Positions 45,312 through 55,346 of a stretch of DNA of 64,000 bases are shown here, one piece after another (position 1 is the first letter of the stretch; every line of letters begins with the position of its first letter). The translations under genes were made by a program, and so were the position numbers. The stretch comes from an uncultured cyanobacterium (lineage in GTDB: Bacteria > Cyanobacteriota > Cyanobacteriia > PCC-6307 > Cyanobiaceae). The notes below the pieces were generated by a model. The model was not told the origin of the DNA and ran no database searches. It saw only the letters and a program-made list of their open reading frames with translations. The stretch covers positions 480,001 to 544,000 of the forward strand of contig CAVXWZ010000011.1 of assembly GCA_963765575.1 (NCBI GenBank), given 5' to 3'.

Positions 45312-45749
45312 TCAGGCGGCCATGCCCTTCGGACGGGCCGGGGGGGCGCTGGCGGCCCGGCGCTCCTCGATGTAGGCCTCGACCTCGCGGAAGCGGGGCA
45401 GGGAGCGCATCTCAAGCTTGGCGCCATCGTTGAGCACCAGCACCATGTCGCCCCAGGCCCCGAATCCGCGGGGCACGCTGCGCACCTCGCGGATCTGGCT
45501 GTACACCACCTGGGAGCGTTCGCGGCCCCTCCAGCCGCCGTTCACCTCAATTCGACGGCTGGTGATCCGGAACCGCAGCCAGAGGGCCCGCACGATGGCC
45601 CCCACGGCGAAGGGAAGACCGATCACGGTGAGGCCGAAGAGCAGGTTGAGAACAAGATCGCCGCGGGCGGGGCCCCCGGCGTAAAACTCTGTTTCCTGGA
45701 TCGGCAATTGGCTCGTTGGCCGGCTCTCGGCACCGCTCGGCTGGCTCAT
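45312..45749 (-). CDS. Bacterial PH-domain membrane protein
   Basis: [19 protein letters not shown] and WGDMVLVL; between rnpA and yidC. Confidence 0.82.
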   Translation of the reverse strand: MSQPSGAESRPTSQLPIQETEFYAGGPARGDLVLNLLFGLTVIGLPFAVGAIVRALWLRFRITSRRIEVNGGWRGRERSQVVYSQIREVRSVPRGFGAWGDMVLVLNDGAKLEMRSLPRFREVEAYIEERRAASAPPARPKGMAA

Positions 45750-46129
45750 GGCGTCAGACCTGCCCGTTGCAGAAGGTGTTGACATTCTCCCAGCAGCTCG
45801 CCGCTGGCGCGTTCGGCGCTGCCCGGCTTGAGGCTGATCACCAGCCACACCGGCCCGCTCGCCGCGGCGATCGACAGGGTCACCAGCTGCTGATGCAGCA
45901 GCCGACGCAGGCGATTGCGCTGCACCGCCCGCTTGTGAACCTTCGTGCTCACCACCACGCCGGCTCTCCAGGCGCTGGCCGGATGGTCGCGGTCGCTGGG
46001 GGGGAGCAGATCGGCCCTGGCGGGGAGCCAGCGCAGCACAATCGACTCTCCCTGGCAGGTGCGCCCCCTGCGGTAGAGCGTGCTGAAGAGGCGTTGGCCC
46101 CGCAGGCGATGCCGCTGGGGCAGGGCCAT
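45746..46129 (-). CDS. rnpA: Ribonuclease P protein component
   Basis: KVHKRAVQRNRLRR (RNR motif). Confidence 0.93.
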   Translation of the reverse strand: MALPQRHRLRGQRLFSTLYRRGRTCQGESIVLRWLPARADLLPPSDRDHPASAWRAGVVVSTKVHKRAVQRNRLRRLLHQQLVTLSIAAASGPVWLVISLKPGSAERASGELLGECQHLLQRAGLTP

Positions 46130-46167
46130 CGACGCCGATGCTCAGGTGGGCCGGATCAGCACGGCGC

Positions 46168-46305
46168 TCAAACCGCCAGACGGCTGCGGCCGCGGCGCCG
46201 GCGTGAGCGGATCAGGCGACGACCGGTGTGGGTGCGCATGCGCACCCGGAAACCCGATACCCGTTTGCGCTTGCGGCTTGTGCCTTCGAGTGTGCGTTTG
46301 GTCAT
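46168..46305 (-). CDS. rpmH: 50S ribosomal protein L34 (absent from the ORF track)
   Basis: [45 protein letters not shown]; upstream of rnpA. Confidence 0.97.
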   Translation of the reverse strand: MTKRTLEGTSRKRKRVSGFRVRMRTHTGRRLIRSRRRRGRSRLAV

Positions 46306-46400
46306 GGTGTTCTCGTCGCCTCCCTCGTCCCAACTGAAAATTTCGCAACAGCCAACCTATCAGGCGAGGCTGGCCAACTCCGGCACGGCCCGCTGGGGCC

Positions 46401-47021
46401 TCAGAAGCCGGTGGGGTCGATCTGGATCAACCAGCTGCCCAAATAGCCGGAGATGGGCACCTCGCCGGGGGCCTGGGCCAGGGCATTGAACTGGTACATG
46501 CCGGCGTTGAAGGGATTGAACAGGCGGATGTTGACGCCGATGGTCTCGGTGTCGGCCACGGGGACGTCCGGGAAGATGTCCAGCACGCGGCCGTTTTCGC
46601 TCAATTCGATCGTGGCCGCGATGGTCTCATCGCAGCGGGTGCGCGACAGCATCCCGCCCTCGCGCATCTTGCAGAGCTGCACCCGGTCGGTGTCGATGGT
46701 GGCGTCGAAGTGCTCAGGGATTGTCACCGTGAGCTTGAGGATGGCCGTGTTGCGATCCTTCGGCCGCAGGATCAGGAAATACTCCGAGCGTTTCTGGCGC
46801 TGGGTGTCGCTGACGAAGTAGTAAAGCTTGCGGTAGTTGGAATTGTTCTCCCAGCGGAACTCCAGCAGGCTGGGGGTGCCCTGGGCGAGAACGGCGGGCT
46901 GACCAGCCACCAGGCCGATCATGCCCAGGCCGAGGGCTGATCCCAGCAGAGCCAGGGCACGGCGCCCTCGGCCGAGGCGCTGGAGCCTCTGCAGGGGTCT
47001 AGGTCGTGAGGAGAACAGCAT
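46401..47021 (-). CDS. DUF2808 family secreted protein
   Basis: Signal peptide; FNPFNAGMYQFNA...YLGSWLI; upstream of rpmH. Confidence 0.78.
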   Translation of the reverse strand: MLFSSRPRPLQRLQRLGRGRRALALLGSALGLGMIGLVAGQPAVLAQGTPSLLEFRWENNSNYRKLYYFVSDTQRQKRSEYFLILRPKDRNTAILKLTVTIPEHFDATIDTDRVQLCKMREGGMLSRTRCDETIAATIELSENGRVLDIFPDVPVADTETIGVNIRLFNPFNAGMYQFNALAQAPGEVPISGYLGSWLIQIDPTGF

Positions 47022-47100
47022 GGGCTGATGGTGGCGCACGGGAGATGGTTTCAATTCTCAGCAGTGCTCCAGGGCGCTGGAGCGGCGGGTGGTCGGCCCG

Positions 47101-47475
47101 TTAGCTGGCGCGGTCGGGGCGCAGCCGGCTCGCCTCACGCAGATAGGGGTGGCAGGCCTGCCGGTCGCCCGCCATCCAGGCATGGGCCAGCAGGCGGATG
47201 CAACGGGGCAGATCCCCGGCCACCGCCATCTGCTGGCAGTCGAGCAGGGCCACCTGTTCCCAGTCCGGCCGGCGGCGGGCGACGGCGGCGGGAAAGCAGG
47301 CATCGAGGTCGGCCGTGACCGAAAAGGTCACCGACACCACCTGCTGGCCCACGAGACCGTTGCGATCCATCAGTTCCGCCACCAGTTCCGCCACCGCCGA
47401 ATCGATGGCCTCGCTGGTGTTGGCGGTGGCGGTGGTGGCGCCGCGCAGGGCCCGCAGCTGCAGGGGAGCACTCAT
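47101..47475 (-). CDS. aroH: Chorismate mutase, AroH class
   Basis: RALRGAT, FSVTADLDACFPA, LPRCIR and YLREASRLRPD. Confidence 0.93.
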   Translation of the reverse strand: MSAPLQLRALRGATTATANTSEAIDSAVAELVAELMDRNGLVGQQVVSVTFSVTADLDACFPAAVARRRPDWEQVALLDCQQMAVAGDLPRCIRLLAHAWMAGDRQACHPYLREASRLRPDRAS

Positions 47476-48285
47476 GGACGCCAGAGCCACAGCGGCAGGC
47501 CGCTCCAGCTGAGCTCCAGGCTCAGGGCCTGGGTCAGGGCACGCAGGCCCGAGCGGCCCGGGATCAGGCCGGCGAAACGCTTCGGTGCGGCGCCGAACTC
47601 GGTGGGCCGACAGCGCTCGGGATCCAGCTCGGCCAGTTCGGCGGCCAGGCGCCGGGCCCGGTCCTCGTCGCCCAGTTCATCCACCAGGCCGAGCTCCAGG
47701 GCCTGGGCACCGCTGAACACCCGGCCGTCGGCGAAGGCGCGCACCGCCTTGCTCGCTCAGGCCCCGCCCCTCGGCCACCGCCGCCACGAACTGGCCGTAG
47801 CTGGAGTCGATCAGGCCCTGCAACAGGTCCCGTTCGGCCTCGGTGAGGCCGCGATCGGGGGAGAGGATGTCCTTGTAGAGCCCGCTCTTCACGGTTTCGA
47901 AGCTCACCCCGAGGCGCTTGAGCAGCTTGGAGAGGTTGTTGCCCCGCAGGATCACGCCGATCGAGCCGGTGATCGTGCCGGGGTTGGCCACCACCTGCTC
48001 GGCCGCCATGCCGATGTACACGCCGCCGGAGGCGGAGATGTTGCCGAAGCTGGCCACCACTCGGCAGCCCTTCTGGCGCAGTCGCAGCAGCGCGGCGTGG
48101 ATCTCCTGGCTGTCGCCCACGGTGCCGCCGGGGCTGTCGATGCGCAGCAGCAGGGCCGGGCACTCCCGTTGCTGCACCTGGCGGATGGCCTTGAGCACCC
48201 GCTTGCGGGTGCCGCCGGCGATCGGGCCCTCGATGGCGATCCGGGCCAGGGTGCGGCGGGACTTTCGTCGCCAGGGCCAGGCCAT
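47472..48285 (-). CDS. sppA: Signal peptide peptidase SppA (short form), frameshifted near 47750 (probable sequence error)
   Basis: RIDSPGG, ASGGVY, TGSIGV and KSGLYKD, then ADGRVFSGAQALELGLVD in the next frame. Confidence 0.92.
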
Positions 48286-48405
48286 GCGCTGTGATTGAAG
48301 AGTGGCTGGATCTTAAAAACAGGCCACGTCCCAGGCCACGGCCCTGAATCCCCGGCGGTTCGCCCATGCGCCGCCGGCCCCCTGCTCCCCTCGCGTTCCC
48401 GCCTG

Positions 48406-49365
48406 TTGCCTTCCCTGCTGCGGCCCTTGGCGATGCTGCTGCCCTTCGCGCTCTGGGGCACGGCGATGGCGGCGATGCGCCCCCTGCTTGATGGCGGCAC
48501 CCCCCTGCAGGTGGCCTGCCTGCGACTGCTGCCCGCCGGCGCGGTGGTGTTGCTGGCGGCCGTGGTGCTGCGTCGTCCGCTGGCGGTGGACCGCCGCGAC
48601 TGGCCCTTTCTGCTGGCGTTCACCGTGGTGGACGCGAGCCTGTTTCAGGGGCTGCTCGCGCGGGGGCTGGCCCAGACCGGCGCCGGCCTGGGCTCGGTGC
48701 TGATCGACTCCCAGCCGCTGCTGGTGGCGCTGCTGGCCCGCAGCCTCTTCGGTGAGGCGATCAATCCGGTGGGCTGGCTGGGGCTGCTGCTGGGTCTGCT
48801 GGGCATCCTCTGCCTGGGGCTGCCGGCGCCGCTGCTGGGCCACTGGTGGCTGCAGGGGCCGGTCGCCACGGGGGTGCGGCCCTTGAGCCACGGTGAGCTG
48901 TGGATGCTGGCGGCGGCGGCGGCGATGGCGGTGGGCACGGTGCTCTGCCGTTACGCCTGCCGCCACAGCGATCCCGTGGTGGTCACCGGCTGGCACCTGC
49001 TGCTCGGTGGGCTGCCGCTGCTGGTGCTGGCCGAGCTGCCGGTGCTGTCTGGCGGCGCCTGGCTGCCCCAGTGGTCGGCCGGCCAGTGGGGGCTGATGGC
49101 CTATGCCTCCCTGCTCGGCAGCGGCCTGGCCTATGGCCTGTTCTTCTGGTTCGCCAGCCGCGGTGACCTCACGGGCTTCACCGCCCTCACCTTCCTGACC
49201 CCCGTGTTTGCCCTGCTCTGCGGAGTGCTGTGGCTGGACGAGCAGTTGCAGCCCCTGCAGTGGCTTGGGGCCGCCCTGGCGCTGGGCTCGGTGCTGCTGA
49301 TCAACCGTCGCCAGGTGCTGTGGCGGCGCCTGCCCGCCGTGGCCACCGGCGGCGGCGGCGCCTGA
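48406..49365 (+). CDS. DMT/EamA family transporter
   Basis: About 10 TMs; LWG, LRLLPAG, FGEAI and LTPVFA motifs. Start uncertain. Confidence 0.88.
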   Translation: MPSLLRPLAMLLPFALWGTAMAAMRPLLDGGTPLQVACLRLLPAGAVVLLAAVVLRRPLAVDRRDWPFLLAFTVVDASLFQGLLARGLAQTGAGLGSVLIDSQPLLVALLARSLFGEAINPVGWLGLLLGLLGILCLGLPAPLLGHWWLQGPVATGVRPLSHGELWMLAAAAAMAVGTVLCRYACRHSDPVVVTGWHLLLGGLPLLVLAELPVLSGGAWLPQWSAGQWGLMAYASLLGSGLAYGLFFWFASRGDLTGFTALTFLTPVFALLCGVLWLDEQLQPLQWLGAALALGSVLLINRRQVLWRRLPAVATGGGGA

Positions 49366-50450
49366 TGCGGCTGCTGGTGGTGAGCACCCCGGTGGGGGCC
49401 TTGGGCAGCGGCCGGGGCGGCGGCGTCGAAGTCACGGCCCTCGCCCTGGTGGCGGGATTGCTGGAGCGGGGGCACGAGCTCACCGTGCTGGCGGCCGAGG
49501 GCTCCCGCCTGCCCGACTCCTGCGCCGGCGCCAGGCTCTGGGCTGAACGCGGCGTGGATCAGCCCAGCTGGCAGCACCGGGCCCGCAGCGCCCCGGTGGA
49601 GCTGCCCGCCGATGCCCTGCTGGGCCGGCTCTGGCGCCGCGCCCTGAACCGCCAGGCCGACTTCGACGTGATCCTCAACCTGGCCTACGACTGGTTGCCC
49701 CTGTGGCTCACGCCCCATGCCGCCACCCCCCTGGCCCACCTGGTGAGCATGGGCTCGGTGGCGGTGGTGATGGATGGGCTGATCGCCGAGATCGCCCGCA
49801 GTCACCCCCAGCATCTGGCCTTCCACACAGCTGCCCAGGCGGCGGACTTCGACCTCCCCCGGCCGCCCCGGCTGGTGGGCAATGGCTTCGACCTCGCCCG
49901 CTACCGCTTTCAGGCGGAGCCCGTCGAGCTGCTGGGCTGGGCCGGTCGCATCGCCCCGGAGAAGGGCCTTGAGGACGCGGCCGCGGCCGCGGCCCGGCTG
50001 GGCCTGCCCCTGGCGGTCTGGGGGCTGCAGGAGGACCCCGCCTATGCCCAACGGGTGGAGGCTTCGGTGCCGCCGGGCACGCTGCAATGGCGCGGCTTCC
50101 TGCCCACCGAACGCTTGCAGGCGGAGCTGGGGCGCTGTGCGGTGCTGCTGAACACCCCGAAGTGGAACGAGGCCTTCGGCAACGTGGTGGTGGAGGCCCT
50201 GGCCTGCGGTGTGCCGGTGGCGGCCTACGCCCGCGGCGGGCCGGCGGAACTGGTGCAGGAGGGGCGCACCGGGGCGCTGGCGCCGCCCGACGATGTGGAG
50301 GCCCTGGTGGCGGCCGTGGGGCGCGCCCGCACCCTGGAGCGGCGCCACTGCCGGGCCTGGGTGGAGGCGCACTGCTCCCAGCAGGCCTTCGCCGCCCGCA
50401 TCGAGGCCTGGCTGGTGGCGCTGAGCGGCTGCGTGCTGCCCCACCGATAG
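49365..50450 (+). CDS. Glycosyltransferase family 4
   Basis: GGVE, GRIAPEKG and EAFGNVVVEALACGVPV. Confidence 0.92.
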   Translation: MRLLVVSTPVGALGSGRGGGVEVTALALVAGLLERGHELTVLAAEGSRLPDSCAGARLWAERGVDQPSWQHRARSAPVELPADALLGRLWRRALNRQADFDVILNLAYDWLPLWLTPHAATPLAHLVSMGSVAVVMDGLIAEIARSHPQHLAFHTAAQAADFDLPRPPRLVGNGFDLARYRFQAEPVELLGWAGRIAPEKGLEDAAAAAARLGLPLAVWGLQEDPAYAQRVEASVPPGTLQWRGFLPTERLQAELGRCAVLLNTPKWNEAFGNVVVEALACGVPVAAYARGGPAELVQEGRTGALAPPDDVEALVAAVGRARTLERRHCRAWVEAHCSQQAFAARIEAWLVALSGCVLPHR

Positions 50451-50465
50451 GGTCGGCTCCGGCCG

Positions 50466-52304
50466 ATGCCCTCGCCGTTGGTGCCACGTTCCGCCGGCTT
50501 TCGCGATTCCAGGGGCGGCGGAGCGCTTGCCGTGCGGGTGCCCCTGCGTCGGGCGCGGCGGGTGGCGCTGCTGGCCCTGGCGCTGGGCCTGCTGCTGTTC
50601 GTCTGGCAGCTCGGCGTTACCGGCCTTGTGGATGAAACCCCACCTCTGTTCGCCGCCTCGGCCCGGGCCATGGCGGAGAGCGGCGACTGGCTGATTCCCC
50701 GCGTCAACGGCCTGCCCCGCTACGACAAGCCCCCGCTGGTGTACTGGGCGATGGGGCTGATTTATGCCCTGCCCGGCCAGGGTGACTGGGATCCGTTGGG
50801 CACCTGGGCGGCGCGGCTGCCGTCGGCGCTGGCCACCGTGGCGGCGATGCAGGCGCTGGTGCTGACCCTGCTGCGCTGGCCCCAGGCCCGGCGGCAACAG
50901 GCGGCCACCGCCCTGGCCGCCGGCCTGGCCTTCGCCCTCTCGCCCCTGGTGCTGCTGTGGGGGCGCATCGCCGTCAGCGATGCCCTGCTCACCGGCACCC
51001 TCACCCTCAGCCTGCTGCTGGCCTGGCAGAGCTATGCCGCTGGTGGCCGCCGCTGGTGGGCCAGCTGGCTGGTGCTGGGTCTGGCCGTGTTGGCCAAGGG
51101 GCCGGTGGCGCTGGTGCTGCAGGGCCTGACCCTGGCGCTGTTCGCCGTGGCGCAGGCCGACTGGCGCCGCCTCTGGGGCCGCCTCCATCCCCTGCGCGGG
51201 TTGCTGCTCACCACCCTGGTGGCCCTGCCCTGGTATGGCGCGGCGCTGCTGGTGGCAGGGGAGCCGTTCTGGCGCAGCTTTTTCGGCTATCACAACCTGC
51301 AGCGCTTCACCAGCGTGGTGAACGACCACCAGGCCCCCTGGTGGTTCTTCCTGCTGGTGCTGGTGCTGGCCAGCCTGCCCTTCACTCCCCTGCTGGTGCT
51401 GGGACTGGTGCGGGCCCTGCGGGGCCCCCTGCCGCCAGCGGAGCTGTCGTTGCAGCGTTTTGCGGCCTGCTGGCTGCTGGCGGTGCTGCTGTTCTTCAGC
51501 GTCGCCGCCACCAAGCTGCCCAGCTACTGGCTGCCCGCCACCCCGGCGGCCGCTCTGCTGGTCGCCCTGGCCGCCCAGCGCCGGCCCCGACTGGCGTGGC
51601 GGTTGTGCGCCCTGCCGGCGCTGCTGCTGGCGATGGCCTTCGCCAGCGGGCCGTTCTGGGTGCCCCTGATCGTCACCCCGGACATGCCGGAGCTGCCGGT
51701 GGCCCTGCTGGCCAGCGGGCGGCTGCCGCTGGCGGCGGCGTGCTTCGCGCTGGCCGGGGTCCTGGTGTTGCTGCGCTGGCGGCGCGGGTCGCCGGCGGCG
51801 CTGCTGGCCCTGCAGCTGCCGCTGGTGCTGTTCGTGCCCCTGGTGCTGCTGCCGCTCTGGCAGCTGGGGGACCAGTTGCGCGGTGAGCCGGTGCGGCGCC
51901 TGGCTGCGACAGCGCTGGAGCAATCTCCAACCAGTGGCCCCGGCCAGCCCCTGGCGATGGTGGGGATGCTCAAGCCCTCCCTGCACTTCTACGGGCGGCG
52001 GGTGGTGATCTACGAAGGGATTGAACCCGCCGGCCTGGTCAACCTGGCCGAGCGCCTGGCCAGCGAACGCCGGCAGGGGCAGGAGCCCAGCAGCCCCAGC
52101 CAGCAACCCGATCAGCTGCTGGTGATCGATGCCGAGACCGCGGCCCTGGCGCACTGGCGCGATCTGGATCCGGAGCTGCTGGACCAGGCCGGCATCTACC
52201 GCCTCTGGCGCCTGGATCGCCGTCGTCTGGAGCAGCGCGCCGCCCAACTGCAGGCCGCCGGGGTCATGCCCGACTGGCGCGATCCGCGGCCCGAGCGCTA
52301 CTGA
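50466..52304 (+). CDS. ArnT/PMT-family (GT-C) membrane glycosyltransferase
   Basis: DET...AM..SGDW, YDKPPLVYW, ARLPSA, LAKGPV and TKLPSY. Confidence 0.9.
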   Translation: MPSPLVPRSAGFRDSRGGGALAVRVPLRRARRVALLALALGLLLFVWQLGVTGLVDETPPLFAASARAMAESGDWLIPRVNGLPRYDKPPLVYWAMGLIYALPGQGDWDPLGTWAARLPSALATVAAMQALVLTLLRWPQARRQQAATALAAGLAFALSPLVLLWGRIAVSDALLTGTLTLSLLLAWQSYAAGGRRWWASWLVLGLAVLAKGPVALVLQGLTLALFAVAQADWRRLWGRLHPLRGLLLTTLVALPWYGAALLVAGEPFWRSFFGYHNLQRFTSVVNDHQAPWWFFLLVLVLASLPFTPLLVLGLVRALRGPLPPAELSLQRFAACWLLAVLLFFSVAATKLPSYWLPATPAAALLVALAAQRRPRLAWRLCALPALLLAMAFASGPFWVPLIVTPDMPELPVALLASGRLPLAAACFALAGVLVLLRWRRGSPAALLALQLPLVLFVPLVLLPLWQLGDQLRGEPVRRLAATALEQSPTSGPGQPLAMVGMLKPSLHFYGRRVVIYEGIEPAGLVNLAERLASERRQGQEPSSPSQQPDQLLVIDAETAALAHWRDLDPELLDQAGIYRLWRLDRRRLEQRAAQLQAAGVMPDWRDPRPERY

Positions 52305-52927
52305 GGCGACGCCATCGGTGGCGGCAGCTCGGCCTCGGCTGCCAGCTGCCGGCGGCGGCAGAAGCTGCAGTGTCCCCAGCGGGCCATCTCCCCGGCAGGC
52401 GCCGGGCAGCCGCAGCTGGGACAGCTGGCCATGCCGTGCACATCAGCCCGGCTGGGATGGCGCGCCCAGACCCGCTCCTCCTCCTCCCGGCCCGGGGAGG
52501 CCAGCGGGCCGGGGTGATGCTGTTCGATGCGCAGGTCGCGCAGCGCAAAGCCCGCCGCCCGCAGGGCGCCCAGCAGCTGATGGCGGTGGTATTGGAGGGC
52601 CTGCAGCCAGGGCCCCGGTGCCGCCCCCACCGTGAGCCGCGAGCCCTGCAGCCGCAGGGGGCGGCAATGGGGGGCCAGCTGGGGGCCGGCCAGTTCCGGC
52701 CAGCGCTGCCAGAGGGCCGCCAGGTGGCCCTGCCGGCGCCAGTCCTGCTGCAGGGCCTCCAGGCAGCGGTCGAGGCCGGTGGCCGGTGGGCGGGGCGGCG
52801 GCAGCAGCAGCGACACCGCGCCCAGGCGGCGGCTGGTGGCGGTGCTGGCTCGACCGCTGGCGGGGCGCCGCCGGGCCGCCGGATTGGCCCGTCGCCTGCG
52901 GCGGGCCGGGGTGGTCGGTTCTGCCAT
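52298..52927 (-). CDS. DUF721/DciA family protein with C-terminal Zn-ribbon
   Basis: WPELAGPQLAPHCRP core; CPSC...HCSFC. Confidence 0.8.
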   Translation of the reverse strand: MAEPTTPARRRRRANPAARRRPASGRASTATSRRLGAVSLLLPPPRPPATGLDRCLEALQQDWRRQGHLAALWQRWPELAGPQLAPHCRPLRLQGSRLTVGAAPGPWLQALQYHRHQLLGALRAAGFALRDLRIEQHHPGPLASPGREEEERVWARHPSRADVHGMASCPSCGCPAPAGEMARWGHCSFCRRRQLAAEAELPPPMASPQ

Positions 52928-52992
52928 GGTCTGGGCCGGATGGTGGGCCGTGGCGATAGTGGTTAGCCTCAAGCATCGCCCCGCTCGCCTCC

Positions 52993-53769
52993 ATGGGCTT
53001 CTTCGACCGCCTCAGCCGCCTGTTCCGCGCCAACGCCAACGCGGCGATCAGCAGCATGGAGGATCCGGCCAAGATCCTGGATCAGTCGGTCGATGACATG
53101 CAGCGCGACCTGGTGAAACTGCGCCAGGCCGTGGCCACGGCGATCGCCAGCCAGAAGCGCATTCAGAACCAGGCCGAGCAGGCCGAGGCCCAGAGCGCCA
53201 CCTGGTACCAACGGGCCGAACTGGCGCTGAAGAAGAGCGAGGACGACCTGGCCCGCGAAGCCCTGTCACGGCGCAAGACCTACCAGGACACGGCCACAGC
53301 CCTGAACACCCAGCTGAAGTCCCAGTCCACCCAGGTGGACGGACTCAAGAAGAGCCTGGTGGCGCTGGAGGCCAAGATCGCTGAGGCCAAGACCAAGAAG
53401 GACATGCTCAAGGCCCGCGCCCAGGCGGCGAAGGCCCAGGAGCAGCTGCAGAGCGCTGTCAGCGGGCTGGGCACCGACAACGCCATGGCGGCCTTCGAGC
53501 GTATGGAGGAGAAGGTGCAGACCCTTGAAGCCCGCAGCCAGGCGGCCGCGGAACTGGCGGGCGCGGATCTCGAAAGTCAGTTCGCTGCGCTGCAGGGCAG
53601 CGACGTGGACGACGAGCTGGCGGCCCTGAAGAATCGCCTGGCCGGGGTTCCCGAGGAGCCGATCGCCCTGCCGGCCGAGGATGCGCCGGTGCCCCGGCTC
53701 GAACCAGCCCAGGTGGCCGAGGTGGATGCCGAGCTGCAGGAACTCAAGCGCTCCATCGACCAGCTCTGA
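52993..53769 (+). CDS. vipp1: PspA/IM30 (Vipp1) protein
   Basis: MGFFDRLSRLFRAN, EDPAKIL, AFERMEEKV and a C-terminal extension. Confidence 0.93.
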   Translation: MGFFDRLSRLFRANANAAISSMEDPAKILDQSVDDMQRDLVKLRQAVATAIASQKRIQNQAEQAEAQSATWYQRAELALKKSEDDLAREALSRRKTYQDTATALNTQLKSQSTQVDGLKKSLVALEAKIAEAKTKKDMLKARAQAAKAQEQLQSAVSGLGTDNAMAAFERMEEKVQTLEARSQAAAELAGADLESQFAALQGSDVDDELAALKNRLAGVPEEPIALPAEDAPVPRLEPAQVAEVDAELQELKRSIDQL

Positions 53770-53845
53770 ACGGCCAGCCCGGCAGCCCCGCGCAGGCAGC
53801 TGGGCTGGCCTGTCCATACAATCCAGCAGCGCCGTCTCCTCCCCT

Positions 53846-54166
53846 GTGCCAGCAGCCCAGCTCACCGACGCCAGCTTCGAGACCGAGGTACTGCACTGCT
53901 CAACCGCCTACCTGGTGGATGTCTGGGCCCCGTGGTGCGGTCCCTGCAGGCTGATGGCACCGCTGATGGACTGGGCAGCGGCCGAGTATGCCGGCCGGCT
54001 CATGGTGGGCAAGCTGGAGGCGGATCCCAACCCCGCCAGCCGCGATCTCCTCAAGGTGCAGGGCCTGCCCGCCCTGGTGCTGTTCAAGGCAGGCCAGGAG
54101 GTGGCTCGCCACGAGGGCGCCATGGCCCAGGCCCAGCTGAAGGCCTTCCTGGATGCCCATCTCTGA
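53846..54166 (+). CDS. Thioredoxin
   Basis: WAPWCGPC; about 106 aa. Confidence 0.93.
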   Translation: MPAAQLTDASFETEVLHCSTAYLVDVWAPWCGPCRLMAPLMDWAAAEYAGRLMVGKLEADPNPASRDLLKVQGLPALVLFKAGQEVARHEGAMAQAQLKAFLDAHL

Positions 54167-55346
54167 ACGCCTGAGCCGGCTGGGCAGCGGTGTCTTCGCC
54201 CGCAACGACCGCCGCAAATCGGACTATGCCCGCCGTGCGGCCGATCCGGCCTCGGGCCTGCCGCCGCTGCTCGACCTCTCGCTCGGCTCCACCGATCTGC
54301 AGCCGCCGGCCGTGGCCCTCGAGGCCATGGCCGCCAATCTGGCCCGCCCGGAAAGCGCCGCCTACTGCCTGCATGCCGCCACCGCACCCTTCCGCCGCAG
54401 CGTGGCGGCCTGGGCCCAGCGCCGCTTCGCCGTGGCGGTGGATCCCGAGCTGGAGGTGCTGCTGCTGGTGGGTTCCCAGGAGGGCACGGCCCACCTGCCC
54501 CTGGCGGTGCTCAATCCTGGCGATGCGGCGCTGCTGCTCGATCCCTACTACCCCTCCCACATGGGTGGGCTGCACCTGGCTTCGGCCCGGCCACTGCTGT
54601 TGCCCCTTGATGGCGCAGCCGGCTGGCGACCCGACTTCGAGCACCTGTCGCCGGCGCAGTGGGACGCCGTGCGTTTGATGGTGCTGGGGTTTCCCCACAA
54701 CCCCACGGCCACAACCGGCGAGCAGGCCTGGCTGGATCAGGCGGTGGAGAAGGCCCTCACCCATGACATCGTGCTCGCCCACGACAATCCCTACGTGGAC
54801 CTGGCCCTGGAGGGTGAGGCTCCGGCCCTGTTGCGCAATCCCGCCTGGCGGCAGTGCGGGATCGAGTTCTTCTCCCTCTCCAAGAGTTGGTGCCTGGGGG
54901 GCTACCGGCTGGCCTTCGCCATCGGCGCCGAGTGGCTGATCACCGCCCTGCGCCAGCTCAAGGGGGTGGTGGATTTCAACCAGTCGCTGGCGCTGCAGGC
55001 CGGGGCCATCGCCGCCATCGAGCAGGCGCCGGAGTGGCCGCAACAGCTGCGAACGGTCTATCGCCAGCGCCGGGATGCCATGGCCGCAGCCCTGGAAGCC
55101 TCCGGCTGGCCGGTGCGACGCCCCTCGATGGCCCTCTATCTCTGGCTGGCGTTGCCCCCCCAGGCCCGGGGGCTGGAGTCGGAGGCCTTCTGTGCGGCCC
55201 TGCTGGAGGGCAGCGGTGTGGCCCTCACCCCCGGCAACGGCTTCGGTCCGGCGGGGGAGGGCTGGGCCCGCTTGGCCCTGGTGCATCCGCAGGCCGAGCT
55301 GGAGTGTGGCGCCGAGCGGATCAGCCGCTGGCTGGCCAGTCGGTGA
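54153..55346 (+). CDS. Class I/II PLP aminotransferase
   Basis: GSQEG, PHNPT, HDNPY, SLSKSWCLGGYR and PGNGFG. Confidence 0.9.
   Translation: MPISERLSRLGSGVFARNDRRKSDYARRAADPASGLPPLLDLSLGSTDLQPPAVALEAMAANLARPESAAYCLHAATAPFRRSVAAWAQRRFAVAVDPELEVLLLVGSQEGTAHLPLAVLNPGDAALLLDPYYPSHMGGLHLASARPLLLPLDGAAGWRPDFEHLSPAQWDAVRLMVLGFPHNPTATTGEQAWLDQAVEKALTHDIVLAHDNPYVDLALEGEAPALLRNPAWRQCGIEFFSLSKSWCLGGYRLAFAIGAEWLITALRQLKGVVDFNQSLALQAGAIAAIEQAPEWPQQLRTVYRQRRDAMAAALEASGWPVRRPSMALYLWLALPPQARGLESEAFCAALLEGSGVALTPGNGFGPAGEGWARLALVHPQAELECGAERISRWLASR

Noticed and set aside
16958..48285. Programmed frameshifting or true pseudogenes in miaB, lpdA, murE, sppA and others
   Set aside because: There is no shared slippery site, no further decay, and essential genes are affected; sequencing error is more parsimonious.
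49131..52247. Very long antisense ORFs (1038 aa here; also 668-3067, 13166-15862 and 59840-62200)
   Set aside because: They lie opposite well-supported genes, and stop codons are rare at this GC content.
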